Shown here piece after piece: positions 1 through 12,000 of a DNA stretch of 39,293 bases. The stretch comes from Octopus bimaculoides. Its lineage: Eukaryota. Each line of letters starts with the position of its first letter. The first letter of the stretch is position 1. The position numbers were made by a program, and so were the translations under genes. The notes beneath the pieces were generated by a model, which saw nothing but the letters and a program-made list of their open reading frames with translations, was not told where the DNA came from and searched no databases. The stretch covers positions 5,297,951 through 5,337,243 of the forward strand of contig NC_069005.1 in the NCBI RefSeq assembly GCF_001194135.2, written 5' to 3'.

Positions 1-85
1 TGTATATGTATGTGTGTGTGTGTATATGAGAACCGGTGCGAGTTTGTTGAAACGTTTAATCAAAGATCTCCCTTTTTTTTTATCA

Positions 86-290
86 GAACGCTAAATTATG
101 GGGACGTAAACAAACTCGCACCGGTTCTCAAGCGGTGACAGGAAGGACAGGCTCTCACTTACGTAAATCGATCCTTTCATGTGTATGTGTGTGTGTACGA
201 TGGGCTTCTTTCAGTTTCCGTCTACCAAATCCATTCACAAGTCTCTGGTCAAACTAGAGCGATAATAGATTCTTGCCCAAGGTGCCATAC
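86..290 (-). mobile_element. SINE family A, partial
   Basis: GGGGACGTAAAC and GGGCTTCTTTCAGTTTCCGTCTACCAAATCC...TTGCCCAAGGTGCCA match the family A reverse complement. Confidence 0.8.
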
Positions 291-323
291 ACACACTTAC
301 ACGTGTGTATATACATGTGTTTG

Positions 324-366
<43 letters not shown>

Positions 367-1234
367 NNNNNNNNNNNNNNNNNNNNNNNNNNNNNNNNNN
401 NNNNNNNNNNNNNNNNNNNNNNNNNNNNNNNNNNNNNNNNNNNNNNNNNNNNNNNNNNNNNNNNNNNNNNNNNNNNNNNNNNNNNNNNNNNNNNNNNNNN
501 NNNNNNNNNNNNNNNNNNNNNNNNNNNNNNNNNNNNNNNNNNNNNNNNNNNNNNNNNNNNNNNNNNNNNNNNNNNNNNNNNNNNNNNNNNNNNNNNNNNN
601 NNNNNNNNNNNNNNNNNNNNNNNNNNNNNNNNNNNNNNNNNNNNNNNNNNNNNNNNNNNNNNNNNNNNNNNNNNNNNNNNNNNNNNNNNNNNNNNNNNNN
701 NNNNNNNNNNNNNNNNNNNNNNNNNNNNNNNNNNNNNNNNNNNNNNNNNNNNNNNNNNNNNNNNNNNNNNNNNNNNNNNNNNNNNNNNNNNNNNNNNNNN
801 NNNNNNNNNNNNNNNNNNNNNNNNNNNNNNNNNNNNNNNNNNNNNNNNNNNNNNNNNNNNNNNNNNNNNNNNNNNNNNNNNNNNNNNNNNNNNNNNNNNN
901 NNNNNNNNNNNNNNNNNNNNNNNNNNNNNNNNNNNNNNNNNNNNNNNNNNNNNNNNNNNNNNNNNNNNNNNNNNNNNNNNNNNNNNNNNNNNNNNNNNNN
1001 NNNNNNNNNNNNNNNNNNNNNNNNNNNNNNNNNNNNNNNNNNNNNNNNNNNNNNNNNNNNNNNNNNNNNNNNNNNNNNNNNNNNNNNNNNNNNNNNNNNN
1101 NNNNNNNNNNNNNNNNNNNNNNNNNNNNNNNNNNNNNNNNNNNNNNNNNNNTGAGAGGGTAAAGACGCGCTCGGCTAGGCGGGATTTGAAGTCAGGACGT
1201 AAAGAACTGTAACTAACTAATCATTCACGACCAC

Positions 1235-1251
1235 TGTTTTATGGTGATGAC

Positions 1252-1308
<57 letters not shown>

Positions 1309-1467
1309 GGTGGTGGTGATGAGGAAGAAGAATGTGATGATAATGATGGTGATGATGGTGATGATGATGATGAAACACGGCGAAGATGATGTTGATGATG
1401 GTGGTGGTGGTGGTGGTGCTAGTGGTGGTGTTGGTGTTGATGATGATGCTTACGATTATGGCGAATA

Positions 1468-1502
<35 letters not shown>

Positions 1503-1610
1503 GTGGTGGTTGTTCTTTCTAACGACGACGACAAAACGTGATGATCACGATGGTGATGATGATGATGATGATGATGGTGATGACGACGACGTTGATGACA
1601 ACGATATAAT
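1235..1610. repeat. Compound (GAT)n/(GGT)n trinucleotide microsatellite
   Basis: Directly visible. Similar tracts at 2075-2190 (GAA/GAACAA), 2380-2465, 5740-5922 and 6550-7065. Confidence 0.95.
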
Positions 1611-2381
1611 GCTAAGACTGTTGACAAACACGCCTAAGTCAATCTCGTTCCGAAACTGTTTCTACATTCTGGGTCCGCGGAGAAACGAGTGTAAACGAAT
1701 TAGTTTCAAAGCGTTTAGTTCGACGCTTCATTGTCTTTCGTTTCAATCGTGGTCAATGAATGAATGAATGAATGAATGAATGAGGGGAGGAATGAATGAG
1801 CGAATGATCAGGTATGGATAAAAACAATAGAAAATGAAGAGAGAGAGAGAAAGGGACAGAGAGACAGACAGACAGAGAAGTAAAAGGAGAGGTTGATGAG
1901 GGGTTGTGATATTGGTGGCTGTTTTTGGCGAAAGGTGAATTGACACGTGTCTTTAAAGGCTTGGACTCGAAACCGGGACGTTATGTACTCGCACCACGTC
2001 ACATGTCCCAGTTTTGCTCCCTACAATGATGAAAGAATGAGGTGAACGGGTATCATGTAAGCTCAGAGGGCGGGAGAAGATGATGAAGAAGAAGAAGAAG
2101 AAGAAGAAGAAGAAGAAGAAGAGCAAGGACAAGAACAAGAACAAGAACAAGAACATGAACAAGAACATGATGACGATGATGATGATGGAGGATGAGAAGA
2201 GAAACCGTGAGAGGTGAATGGGTGTTGCCTTGAATAACACAGACGATGAAGAATATGGTCGTGTGACGTAATCACTGTCAACATTGGCAGATGTTGGTGT
2301 GACGTCATCGTCATCAATAGCAGCGTTTGGCAGCAGTGGAAGCGGCAGCAGAGACGAATGGAGGCAGAAAAGACGTTGTCT

Positions 2382-2437
<56 letters not shown>

Positions 2438-2717
2438 GGTGGTGGTGGTGGTGGTGATGGTGGTGCTAATAATTTGAACACATCCAGTAAACATCATCAT
2501 CGTCTATAAATTATGTTGCTCTCAAATGTGTGTGTGTGTGTGTGTATATGACAGCCGAGAGACCAAACTTGGAAGTCCCACTCGACGTGATCTTCACTAT
2601 AACAATGACTCTATACTCCATTTTGAGTTGAGTCACCGACAAAAGTTCTGTTGTTATCCCTTGGAACAAAAAAAGCTTTTTCAAAATTTAATTACAAACG
2701 CACACACACACAGATAG

Positions 2718-2789
<72 letters not shown>

Positions 2790-3032
2790 TGATTGATTGA
2801 TTGATTGAGCTTTTATATCCAGATTATAAATTCACATTTATACCAAAAGAATTACTGCTCTTGGTTCTGTGAGTAAATGCCTAAATTATAATCTGAAATG
2901 GTTACGATTTTCACACAAAGAGATCAACCAGTTAACTGTTATACACCACAAATGGAATCAGTAAGCGGAACTGTTAAAATATGTAAGATTTTTCTCAAAT
3001 GCAAGTGTGACATCGTTTTTGCTATCTACTGG

Positions 3033-3273
3033 TGTGGCTGTGTGGTAAGAAGCTTGCTTCTCAGCTACGTGGTTCCGGGGTTCAGTCCCATTGCTTGGCA
3101 CCTTGAGCAAGTGTGTTGTACAGGAGCCTGGGGCTGACTAAATCTTTGTGAATGAATTTGGTAAACGGAAACTGAAAGAAACCTGTCATATGTGTCTGTG
3201 TGTTTTTTGTATCTGTGTTTGCCCCCCCCCCCCGCAACATCGCTTGACAACCGATGCTGGTGTGTTTACGTCC
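3033..3273 (+). mobile_element. SINE family A, 5' two-thirds
   Basis: GTGGCTGTGTGGTAAGAAGCTTGC...CACCTTGAGCAAGTG...CATCGCTTGACAACCGATGCTGGTGTGTTTACGTCCC. Confidence 0.85.
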
Positions 3274-4060
3274 CAATATCAACCAAATGATATTACTCGG
3301 TTTCGTGCCATTAATGATAAGACTCGGAACTTCCCATGCTGGCGATGCCCACGAAAGCTGCAGAGAATACAGGGCCAAGAGTAAACAATACAAGACAATA
3401 TATATGTGTATANNNNNNNNNNNNNNNNNNNNNNNNNNNNNNNNNNNNNNNNNNNNNNNNNNNNNNNNNNNNNNNNNNNNNNNNNNNNNNNNNNNNNNNN
3501 NNNNNNNNNNNNNNNNNNNNNNNNNNNNNNNNNNNNNNNNNNNNNNNNNNNNNNNNNNNNNNNNNNNNNNNNNNNNNNNNNNNNNNNNNNNNNNNNNNNN
3601 NNNNNNNNNNNNNNNNNNNNNNNNNNNNNNNNNNNNNNNNNNNNNNNNNNNNNNNNNNNNNNNNNNNNNNNNNNNNNNNNNNNNNNNNNNNNNNNNNNNN
3701 NNNNNNNNNNNNNNNNNNNNNNNNNNNNNNNNNNNNNNNNNNNNNNNNNNNNNNNNNNNNNNNNNNNNNNNNNNNNNNNNNNNNNNNNNNNNNNNNNNNN
3801 NNNNNNNNNNNNNNNNNNNNNNNNNNNNNNNNNNNNNNNNNNNNNNNNNNNNNNNNNNNNNNNNNNNNNNNNNNNNNNNNNNNNNNNNNNNNNNNNNNNN
3901 NNNNNNNNNNNNNNNNNNNNNNNNNNNNNNNNNNNNNNNNNNNNNNNNNNNNNNNNNNNNNNNNNNNNNNNNNNNNNNNNNNNNNNNNNNNNNNNNNNNN
4001 NNNNNNNNNNNNNNNNNNNNNNNNNNNNNNNNNNNNNNNNNNNNNNNNNNNNNNNNNNNN

Positions 4061-4096
<36 letters not shown>

Positions 4097-4353
4097 ACGT
4101 TACAGATGTTCTATATGTAAATTTCTCATGTTAAACATATGAAAAAAATGTAAAATTTTCCCCAGGACCCCCACTTTCTATAATATGGGAATTTCCTGAG
4201 CCAGATATATGCACACATCTGCATATGCACAAGGAATGCAAGAACACACACACACACACACACACTCACAAATGAGAGTGAAGGAGAAACACTTGTTTAC
4301 GAATGTCTAAAATTTATGAAGTACAAACACTTGTATACTAAAATTAAACGCCT

Positions 4354-4746
4354 ATCCCCTGATGTTAGCACTCCGTCGGTTACGACGTCGAGGGTTCCAG
4401 TCGATCCGATCAACGGAACAGCCTGCTCGTGAAATTAACGTGCAAGTGGTTGAGCACTCCACAGACACGTGTACCCTTAACATAGTTCTCGGGGATATTC
4501 AGCGTGACACAGTGTGACAAGGCTGACCCTTTGAATTACAGGCACAACAGAAACAGGAAGAAAGAGTGAGAAAAAGTTATGGTGAGAGAGTATAGCAGGG
4601 TTCGCCACAACCCCCCTGCTGGAGCCTCGTGAAGCTTTTAGGTGCTTTCGCTCAGTAAACACTCACAACGCCCGGTCTGGGAATCGAAACCACGATCCTA
4701 CGACCGCGAGTCCGCTGCCCTAACCACTGGGCCATTGCGCCTCCAC
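4354..4746 (-). mobile_element. tRNA-derived SINE family D, well preserved
   Basis: Minus-strand head GGAGGCGCAATGGCCCAGTGG (A box)...GGTTTCGATTCCC (B box). The TCAAAGGG.CAG.CTTG...CGCTGAAT.TCCCCGAGAA segment recurs at about 24585-24625. Confidence 0.8.
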
Positions 4747-4829
4747 TACACAGCTACAAATTATTCATGAGCACAAACATACATATGTATATATATATAT
4801 TTCGGATGATTCGAAGAACTACAAACCCC

Positions 4830-5170
4830 GGTACTATTTGGTTATCTCAGCACCACCACCACCCATTAAAAAATGGCCATTAAAAAGTTGGGTTGTCTCC
4901 CATTAAAAAATTGAGTTTATGTGGCAAGAAGAGATTGGATTAAAAGGGTTAGATCCTTTTGATTCAATACTTCAACACATTGTTGACATTTGGCCCCTTC
5001 AATAGGGATGATATGGTTTGTTATAAAAATGTTATTACATTCAATAAGACGTTTAATTTTTTTCGCAATTTTTTTTCATTTTCTTTTGTTTTATTGGAGG
5101 GTTAAACAATTTTTTTAGTTGGGGAAGATAACCCAATTTTTTAATGGGGGTGAGATGACAAAAATGTACC
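4830..5170. mobile_element. Candidate MITE with ~70-90 bp imperfect terminal inverted repeats
   Basis: Left GGTACTATTTGGTTATCTCA...CCCATTAAAAAGTTGGGTTGTCTCCCATTAAAAAATTG versus reverse complement of the right end GGTACATTTTTGTCATCTCACCCCCATTAAAAAATTGGGTTATCTTCCCCAACTAAAAAATTG. Flanks CAAACCCC and CAAATCCCC resemble a TSD. Confidence 0.5.
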
Positions 5171-5220
5171 CAAATCCCCAACACATNNNNNNNNNNAAAG
5201 AGTAAAAGAGTAAATGAAAG

Positions 5221-5460
5221 TGTGTGTGTGTGTGTATATGTTTGTGTGTCTGTGTTTGTCCCCCCCCCCCAACATCGCTTGACAACCGATGCTGGTGTGT
5301 TTACGTCACCGTAACTTAGCGGTTCGGTAAAAGAGACCGATAGAATAAGTACTAGGCTTACAAAGAATAAGTCCTGGGGTCGATTTGCTCGACTAAAGGC
5401 GGTGCTCCAGCATGGCCACGGTCAAATGACTGAAACAAGTAAAAGAGTAAAAGAGTAAAT
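5221..5460 (+). mobile_element. SINE family A, 3' half
   Basis: Body from (TG)n through GGTGCTCCAGCATGGCC to the AAAGAGTAAAAGAG tail. Confidence 0.88.
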
Positions 5461-7673
5461 GAAAGTGTGTGTGTGTGTGTATACGCGATGCGTGTTTCTA
5501 TCTTTACAAGTTAATATAGATTAATATGTGACATATACACGTGAGTCTGCACGCGTGAGGAGCAAGTGAGTTTGCATTGTGCTGGCACGGCTAAATTGTG
5601 TTTATGCCGTGAATTGTAAGATGTACCTCTTTGGCCGGTACACAAACGCGTGGTTTCGGACGCTTCTTTCCCTCGCTACCACGTGTTGTCAGCCGAAAAC
5701 CCCCATCAGCAGTAACAACAACACCACCGGAAACATCGTCCCCCCCCCCACAATCATCGCCACCACCATCATCATCATCATCATCATCATTTCCACGTCC
5801 ATTGCCATCATCGAAAATATCGATATTGTTGCTCAGAGACAACACCCACCATCGACGACGACGAAAACAACAACTGTAGTCTACTGCTTCACCACAACCA
5901 CAACCACCACCACCACCACCACNNNNNNNNNNNNNNNNNNNNNNNNNNNNNNNNNNNNNNNNNNNNNNNNNNNNNNNNNNNNNNNNNNNNNNNNNNNNNN
6001 NNNNNNNNNNNNNNNNNNNNNNNNNNNNNNNNNNNNNNNNNNNNNNNNNNNNNNNNNNNNNNNNNNNNNNNNNNNNNNNNNNNNNNNNNNNNNNNNNNNN
6101 NNNNNNNNNNNNNNNNNNNNNNNNNNNNNNNNNNNNNNNNNNNNNNNNNNNNNNNNNNNNNNNNNNNNNNNNNNNNNNNNNNNNNNNNNNNNNNNNNNNN
6201 NNNNNNNNNNNNNNNNNNNNNNNNNNNNNNNNNNNNNNNNNNNNNNNNNNNNNNNNNNNNNNNNNNNNNNNNNNNNNNNNNNNNNNNNNNNNNNNNNNNN
6301 NNNNNNNNNNNNNNNNNNNNNNNNNNNNNNNNNNNNNNNNNNNNNNNNNNNNNNNNNNNNNNNNNNNNNNNNNNNNNNNNNNNNNNNNNNNNNNNNNNNN
6401 NNNNNNNNNNNNNNNNNNNNNNNNNNNNNNNNNNNNNNNNNNNNNNNNNNNNNNNNNNNNNNNNNNNNNNNNNNNNNNNNNNNNNNNNNNNNNNNNNNNN
6501 NNNNNNNNNNNNNNNNNNNNNNNNNNNNNNNNNNNNNNNNNNNNNNNNNCACCACCACCACCACCACCATCATCGTCATCATCACCACCACTATCACCAC
6601 AAACACTTCGGGAGCATCACCATCGCCACCGCCATCAGCACCGCCATCGTAACATCACCACCACCACCACCACCATCACCACTAACAACAACAGCACCAA
6701 TACAAACTGTTCAATAACATCACCACCACCATCACCACCACCACTACCATCACCACCACCACCACTATCATCATCATCACCATCACCACTAAATCACAAC
6801 AACAGCACCAATACAAACAGGTCAATAGTATCACCACCACCACCACCACCACCACAATCATCATCATCATCATCATCATCACCATCACCACCAACAACAG
6901 TAACAACAACAACAACAACGGCACCAATACAAACAGTTCGATAGTATCACCACCACCACCATCATCATCATCATCACCGGCGCTACGACCACCACCACCA
7001 CCAACAACAACTACAATAAAACAAACTAAACTACTACTACTACTACTACTACTACTATTGTTGTTATCATCCCCGGTGTGTTTGTGTGTTTTCATATACT
7101 TTAAACACTCCTGACTGGTTAAAAACTTTGCTTATCTCACAAACTCTTCCATTTTTCCACGAATTTCACACCACACCTGCTTAACCTCCCCTCCCCGGTA
7201 TAGCTCACTCACTCCCTCTCTCTCTTACTCTTTCTCTTTCTTTCTCTCTCTCTCTGTCTACACACTATTTCTTCCCTCTAACTGCTCCGCATCCCTCCCC
7301 TCACTCAATCTTCTCTCCTCTGTTGCCTCCCCTTCCTCGTCCTCCTTATACTTCGCTTTCTATCTTTACAGCGTTCTGTTCTTCCCTCCTTCCCTTCCTC
7401 TCCGTCACATTCTTCCTCACCGCTTCTCTCACACTCTCTCTGTCTTTCGTTTCTTCTCTCATTTCTACAACTCCTTTACTACTCTACTCTTTCTATTACT
7501 CTCTCTCATATCTATTACTAACGCTACTCCCCTTCACTTACTCCCTCCCTGTACTCATTACTATTCTCCTCTATCCATTCTCCTTCCCTTCCTTTCTCTC
7601 CTTACTACTCCATTCACTGTAACCCCCTCCCTGTCTCTGCTAATTATATATTTTTTTTATGGAAGCCTGTCTC

Positions 7674-7708
7674 TATATAAGCTTTCCTCATAGTTTCATT
7701 ATGCAGTC
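7674..7708 (+). promoter_or_regulatory. Candidate TATA box plus initiator for the SPDEF-like gene
   Basis: TATATAAG at 7674-7681 and an Inr-like gcAgtc whose A (7705) lies 31 nt downstream of the first T. It sits at the end of a long CT-rich tract and ~475 nt upstream of the candidate ATG. Confidence 0.45.
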
Positions 7709-8179
7709 AAGTCTTGCAATCATCCGCGTCAACACGTCTTGGCGTCGTTGAACATTTTTTTCCTCTAAACACATCGAAGACTTGAGCTGTTTTCTCTCAA
7801 AAAAAAACCCCCCAAAAAACAAACAATCATTATTTCAACCAAAGAACAAATGGATTTATTTAAATCTTAATCAACTAATTAAACTTCATTTAAATTTTCT
7901 AAATCGCACTTGTTAAAATTAAAATTAAAACATCTAATCGTTGATCACCAAAGACTTTTAATACACAAAACAATATCATCGTTCAAGAAATTTTGGTAAA
8001 ATTTTTGATTCCGCAAAACGGGACACTTAGCCGAACACTTCTAAATTATACACACGCAGCTAAACATATATATATATTTATATATATATATATAATATAG
8101 AAAAACAACTATATATTTTACAATTTGGATTGGACTTTAATACATTTTTTTCTCAAAGAACTCAAGAATTTTTGTGACA

Positions 8180-8192
8180 ATGCCTCAGAGTC
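8180..8192 (+). CDS. SPDEF: Candidate first coding exon of the SPDEF-like gene (MPQS + 1 nt)
   Basis: ATG CCT CAG AGT C followed by a consensus donor GTAAGT at 8193-8198. The phase-1 end matches the phase-1 start of the exon at 13018 (C+GT = Arg). With it the CDS totals 13+92+241+204+282+314 = 1146 nt, i.e. 381 aa plus stop. Inferred from splice signal and phase only; no homology support for this segment. Confidence 0.5.
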
Positions 8193-8346
8193 GTAAGTTT
8201 TCTTTTAAAATACTTCCGTATTATTTCTCTATCCTTTTTTCTGTCATCTGCTTCTTCCAGCCTCATGGCAATGGACCGCTTGTGTTTTCTTCTTGTTACA
8301 CGCTCTTTTATACAATCCCACATTGTACCGCACGCCAATGTTTTTG

Positions 8347-8790
8347 TAAGACAGAAGCGTTAGCACGCCGGACAAAATTCTTAGCAGCATTTCTTACCGT
8401 TATTTACTGTTCTCGGTTCGAATTCTGCGGAGATCGACTTTTCCCTTTCATCTTTTCGGTGAACACTGGGGGGTTGGTGAAATCGTCTTGCCCCCACCTA
8501 CAAAATTTTTGTCTTCTTCCCTATAACAGAAACGATTATCAATATTATTATTATTATTGATGTAAGCCGGCGAGCTGACAGAAACGTTAGCACGCCGAAC
8601 GAAATGCTTAGCGGTATATTTCATGTCTTTACGTTCTGGGTTCAAATTCCGCCGAGACCGACTTTACCTTTCATCCTTTCGCGGTTGATAAATTAAGTAC
8701 CAATTGCGTACTGGGGTCGATCTAATCGACTGGCACCCCCCTCCCCAAAAATTTCGAACCTTATGCCTAGAGTAGAAAATAATATTACCA
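8347..8790 (+). mobile_element. Two tandem copies of tRNA-derived SINE family B
   Basis: Both show AGAA.CGTTAGCACGCCG, a B box (GGTTCGAATTC / GGGTTCAAATTCC) and GACTTT.CCTTTCATC.TTTCG, separated by (ATT)n. The second copy starts near 8566. Confidence 0.85.
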
Positions 8791-11058
8791 TTGATGTTAA
8801 GGGTATCGAGTTTGGTTGAACGCTGAAGTAAAAAGTATTGTGAATTTGGCATAACTACACATTACTACTTTTCCTCCTGGTTTCGGTTCAGCATAATTTT
8901 CTGGGAAAAATGTGCTTTTTTTTTTTTTAATTGACAACTTCTTGAAGTGCGCTTTCGAGGGTATAGATTACAATTAAGTTGATAAAATTTAGAAACAAGT
9001 TTTTGGGGGTTTTTCTTTTTTGTTTTTTTTTTTAATGAATTTCAGGTCGTTTTTCCCCCAACTTTCGTCCAGCTTCGTTACCACTAATTTTCATAATATT
9101 AGCATTTTTTTTTTTTTTTTGGAGTTTATATCCACAATCTGCACCTTCGGAAATGTCTTACTGTAAAATTTCATTAAAAGATGTCCTTTTTTTTTTTAGA
9201 AAGTTATGAAGAAATAAACTCTGCGAAGGATCGATCTATAGTTAGTTGTACTTCGAAGCGGTTTATTCTGGGATTGTATGGGGGGGGAAAAAAAAAAACC
9301 TCAAGTAGGCCTTCATCGAGTGAAGCAACCTTCAAAGACAATCTAGCCATGACTATCCCATCTATTTTAGGCAAAGGGTACCCTGAGTTAGAGGAGGTGT
9401 ATGGTTTTAAGAAGATTCGGCCTGCTATTTCTGCCTCTCGTGTTGCATCGAACAAGCTTCTGTTGTTATTTTGTTGATTAACTTCAAGTCAGCTTTGATC
9501 GTTCGGACAAACCTACTACAATCATCAACATTCCATCTACGACCATCCTGTATCTTGAAATTCTTTAACTGTCCATCCAAATGGAGGGAGATTTGGCTGC
9601 GATTTCTAGCAGATCGTGTGATTCACGCCGAGAGGTGCCTTCGTCGGTTCGCGGTAGCTGTTGTTATTGATTAAAATAGATGATGATGATGATGATGGTG
9701 ACAATGTATGCCAATGACTTCATCTCTCGTCCCCACGTTCCTGATGGTCGCGTTTCGATATTAGGTTGAAACTTTCGCTTGGTGTCCCATGATATAGCTT
9801 CCCTATTCGTCCCCGCCTTTTTGTACGTTCGCGTGTATTTGTACTCCAGGGTATGCGTGTATATGTATGGTTTATACACGTTGAACGTTATCGATGAGCT
9901 AAATTCAGTTTCTATATTTACCAATTATATATTGGGATCAATATTTACCAATTAAAATTTTATTTTTATTTTATTTACATTACTAATAACGAGTAGAGAA
10001 ACAAGAAAGGGATGAGTGCCACAACATCTCGTCTTCATGGCCTGCCTACATTGAAATGTCAATTTCTGATGGTTGGGGGAATCGGTAACTTAGTTAAGAT
10101 GAGCTTTTGCGTTCAAGTCTTAACGTGGTCAGATTTGCTTTTCCGCCTTCCTGGGTCGAGAAAATAAAGAATTTATTTCTAAAGATTATTATTTTATATT
10201 CTCATAAAGCATCCAAGATAGGAATGGAATTATTGCAGAAACTTCTGCTGTCCGGTTCGGATATATTTGTATTTATATATAGGTAACCTTGTGTGTTTAT
10301 GTTATGTATATGTACATGTATGTATATTTATGTATGCCTGTTTACACACATACATACAAACACATAAACACATACTCAGAAAATATGTATGTGTATGTCG
10401 TGATTTAGTCTAGGTCAGTATTGATCGAATAGATTTACGGTCAGACGTTCCAGTCCAGCCATAACTGTCCAGTCTTAAGAAGTATCTAAGAACATTATCT
10501 CTTGTGGAAAGACTTCCTCCCGTCCTCCCTCCCATTTTCTCGCAAATTATTTTTTTTTAATACAGTACGATTTGATTTACGGGAGATTTGGCTGCTATTT
10601 CTAACAATTTAACTAACCACGTAGCCATACCCGGACTCAGGCTATACCTCTCGCCTATAGCTGTATATTACCTGGACCGCACTTCTTTCTATCTGCTACA
10701 GATCCTACCCTCCTCTCTTTTTCCCACCCCCACACCTACCGTTGTAACCTAGCAACCTGTTGTAAATCTTATGTCCCTGCACACCCACTGTCACCACCAC
10801 CACCACCCCGCCACCCTCCCTTAACTTAATCCCCCATTTCACCCCAGTAGATAACATACATCGATTGGTTAATGTTGGTGGTTAATGATGTTGTTCAACC
10901 CCCAGGCGGGCAGTGGGCGAATGAACTGGTCCAGTCTATGATCTTCGATGTTCCAACCGTGACCATCTTGTCTTATTTTCAGGAGTTGTACATTTAGAAT
11001 TTCGTTTACACTGAGTCCAAGATTTGAGGTGGGGGATGTTTCGAAAAAATACTATAAA

Positions 11059-11432
11059 GGCACAGGAGTGGCTGTATGGTAAGTAGCTTGCTTACCAACC
11101 ACATGGCACCGGGTTCAGTCCCACTGCATGGTATCTTGGGCAAGTGTCTTCTACTATAGCCTCAGGCCGACCAAAGCCTTGTGAGTAGATTTGGTAGACA
11201 GAAACTGAAAGAAGCCCGTGTGTATATGTTTGTGTGTCTGTGTTTGTCCCCCCAACTTCACTTGACAACCGATGCTGGTGTGTTTACGTCCCTGTAATGT
11301 AGTGGTTTGGCACAAGAGACCAATAGAATAAGTACTAGGCTTACAAAGAATAAGTCCAGGTGTCTATTTGCTCAACTAAATGCAGTGCTCCAGCATGGCC
11401 GCAGTCAACTGATGGTAGCAAATAAAAGAAGG
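11059..11432 (+). mobile_element. tRNA-derived SINE family A, near full length
   Basis: Head GGCACAGGAGTGGCTGTATGGTAAG...GGGTTCAGTCCC, CORE-like CTTGGGCAAGTGTCTT segment, internal (TG)n, body GCTGGTGTGTTTACGTCCC...CAGCATGGCCGCAGTC and an A-rich tail. Many copies in the window. Confidence 0.9.
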
Positions 11433-12000
11433 AAAGAACATTTACATCGGGTTTGGCTAGAAAGGATGTTGCCCAGGCAACACCCACCCACCCCTGCACA
11501 CGCCACTGAGTCAAAAGGAGATCTTTGGCTGTTATATGTANNNNNNNNNNNNNNNNNNNNNNNNNNNNNNNNNNNNNNNNNNNNNNNNNNNNNNNNNNNN
11601 NNNNNNNNNNNNNNNNNNNNNNNNNNNNNNNNNNNNNNNNNNNNNNNNNNNNNNNNNNNNNNNNNNNNNNNNNNNNNNNNNNNNNNNNNNNNNNNNNNNN
11701 NNNNNNNNNNNNNNNNNNNNNNNNNNNNNNNNNNNNNNNNNNNNNNNNNNNNNNNNNNNNNNNNNNNNNNNNNNNNNNNNNNNNNNNNNNNNNNNNNNNN
11801 NNNNNNNNNNNNNNNNNNNNNNNNNNNNNNNNNNNNNNNNNNNNNNNNNNNNNNNNNNNNNNNNNNNNNNNNNNNNNNNNNNNNNNNNNNNNNNNNNNNN
11901 NNNNNNNNNNNNNNNNNNNNNNNNNNNNNNNNNNNNNNNNNNNNNNNNNNNNNNNNNNNNNNNNNNNNNNNNNNNNNNNNNNNNNNNNNNNNNNNNNGTA

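Noticed and set aside
4660-4746. tRNA-like sequence on the minus strand
   Set aside because: It has A and B boxes but no complete acceptor-stem pairing and continues into a repeat body; it is a SINE head, not a tRNA gene.
5197-5483. Direct repeat AAAGAGTAAAAGAGTAAATGAAAG(TG)n flanking a SINE half
   Set aside because: It abuts a 10-N gap, so a real tandem SINE duplication cannot be separated from an assembly join.
181-7095. Long ORFs with poly-His, Asp, Thr, Val or X runs
   Set aside because: They are translations of trinucleotide microsatellites and N gaps with no domain content. The same applies to ORFs at 11.3-12.0, 21-22, 30.2-31.5 and 33.9-37.4 kb.
9181-9477. 98-aa ORF after a poly-T AG as an extra ETS-gene exon
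   Set aside because: No convincing donor, no recognisable motif, and it runs into repeat remnants. The gene model is in phase without it.
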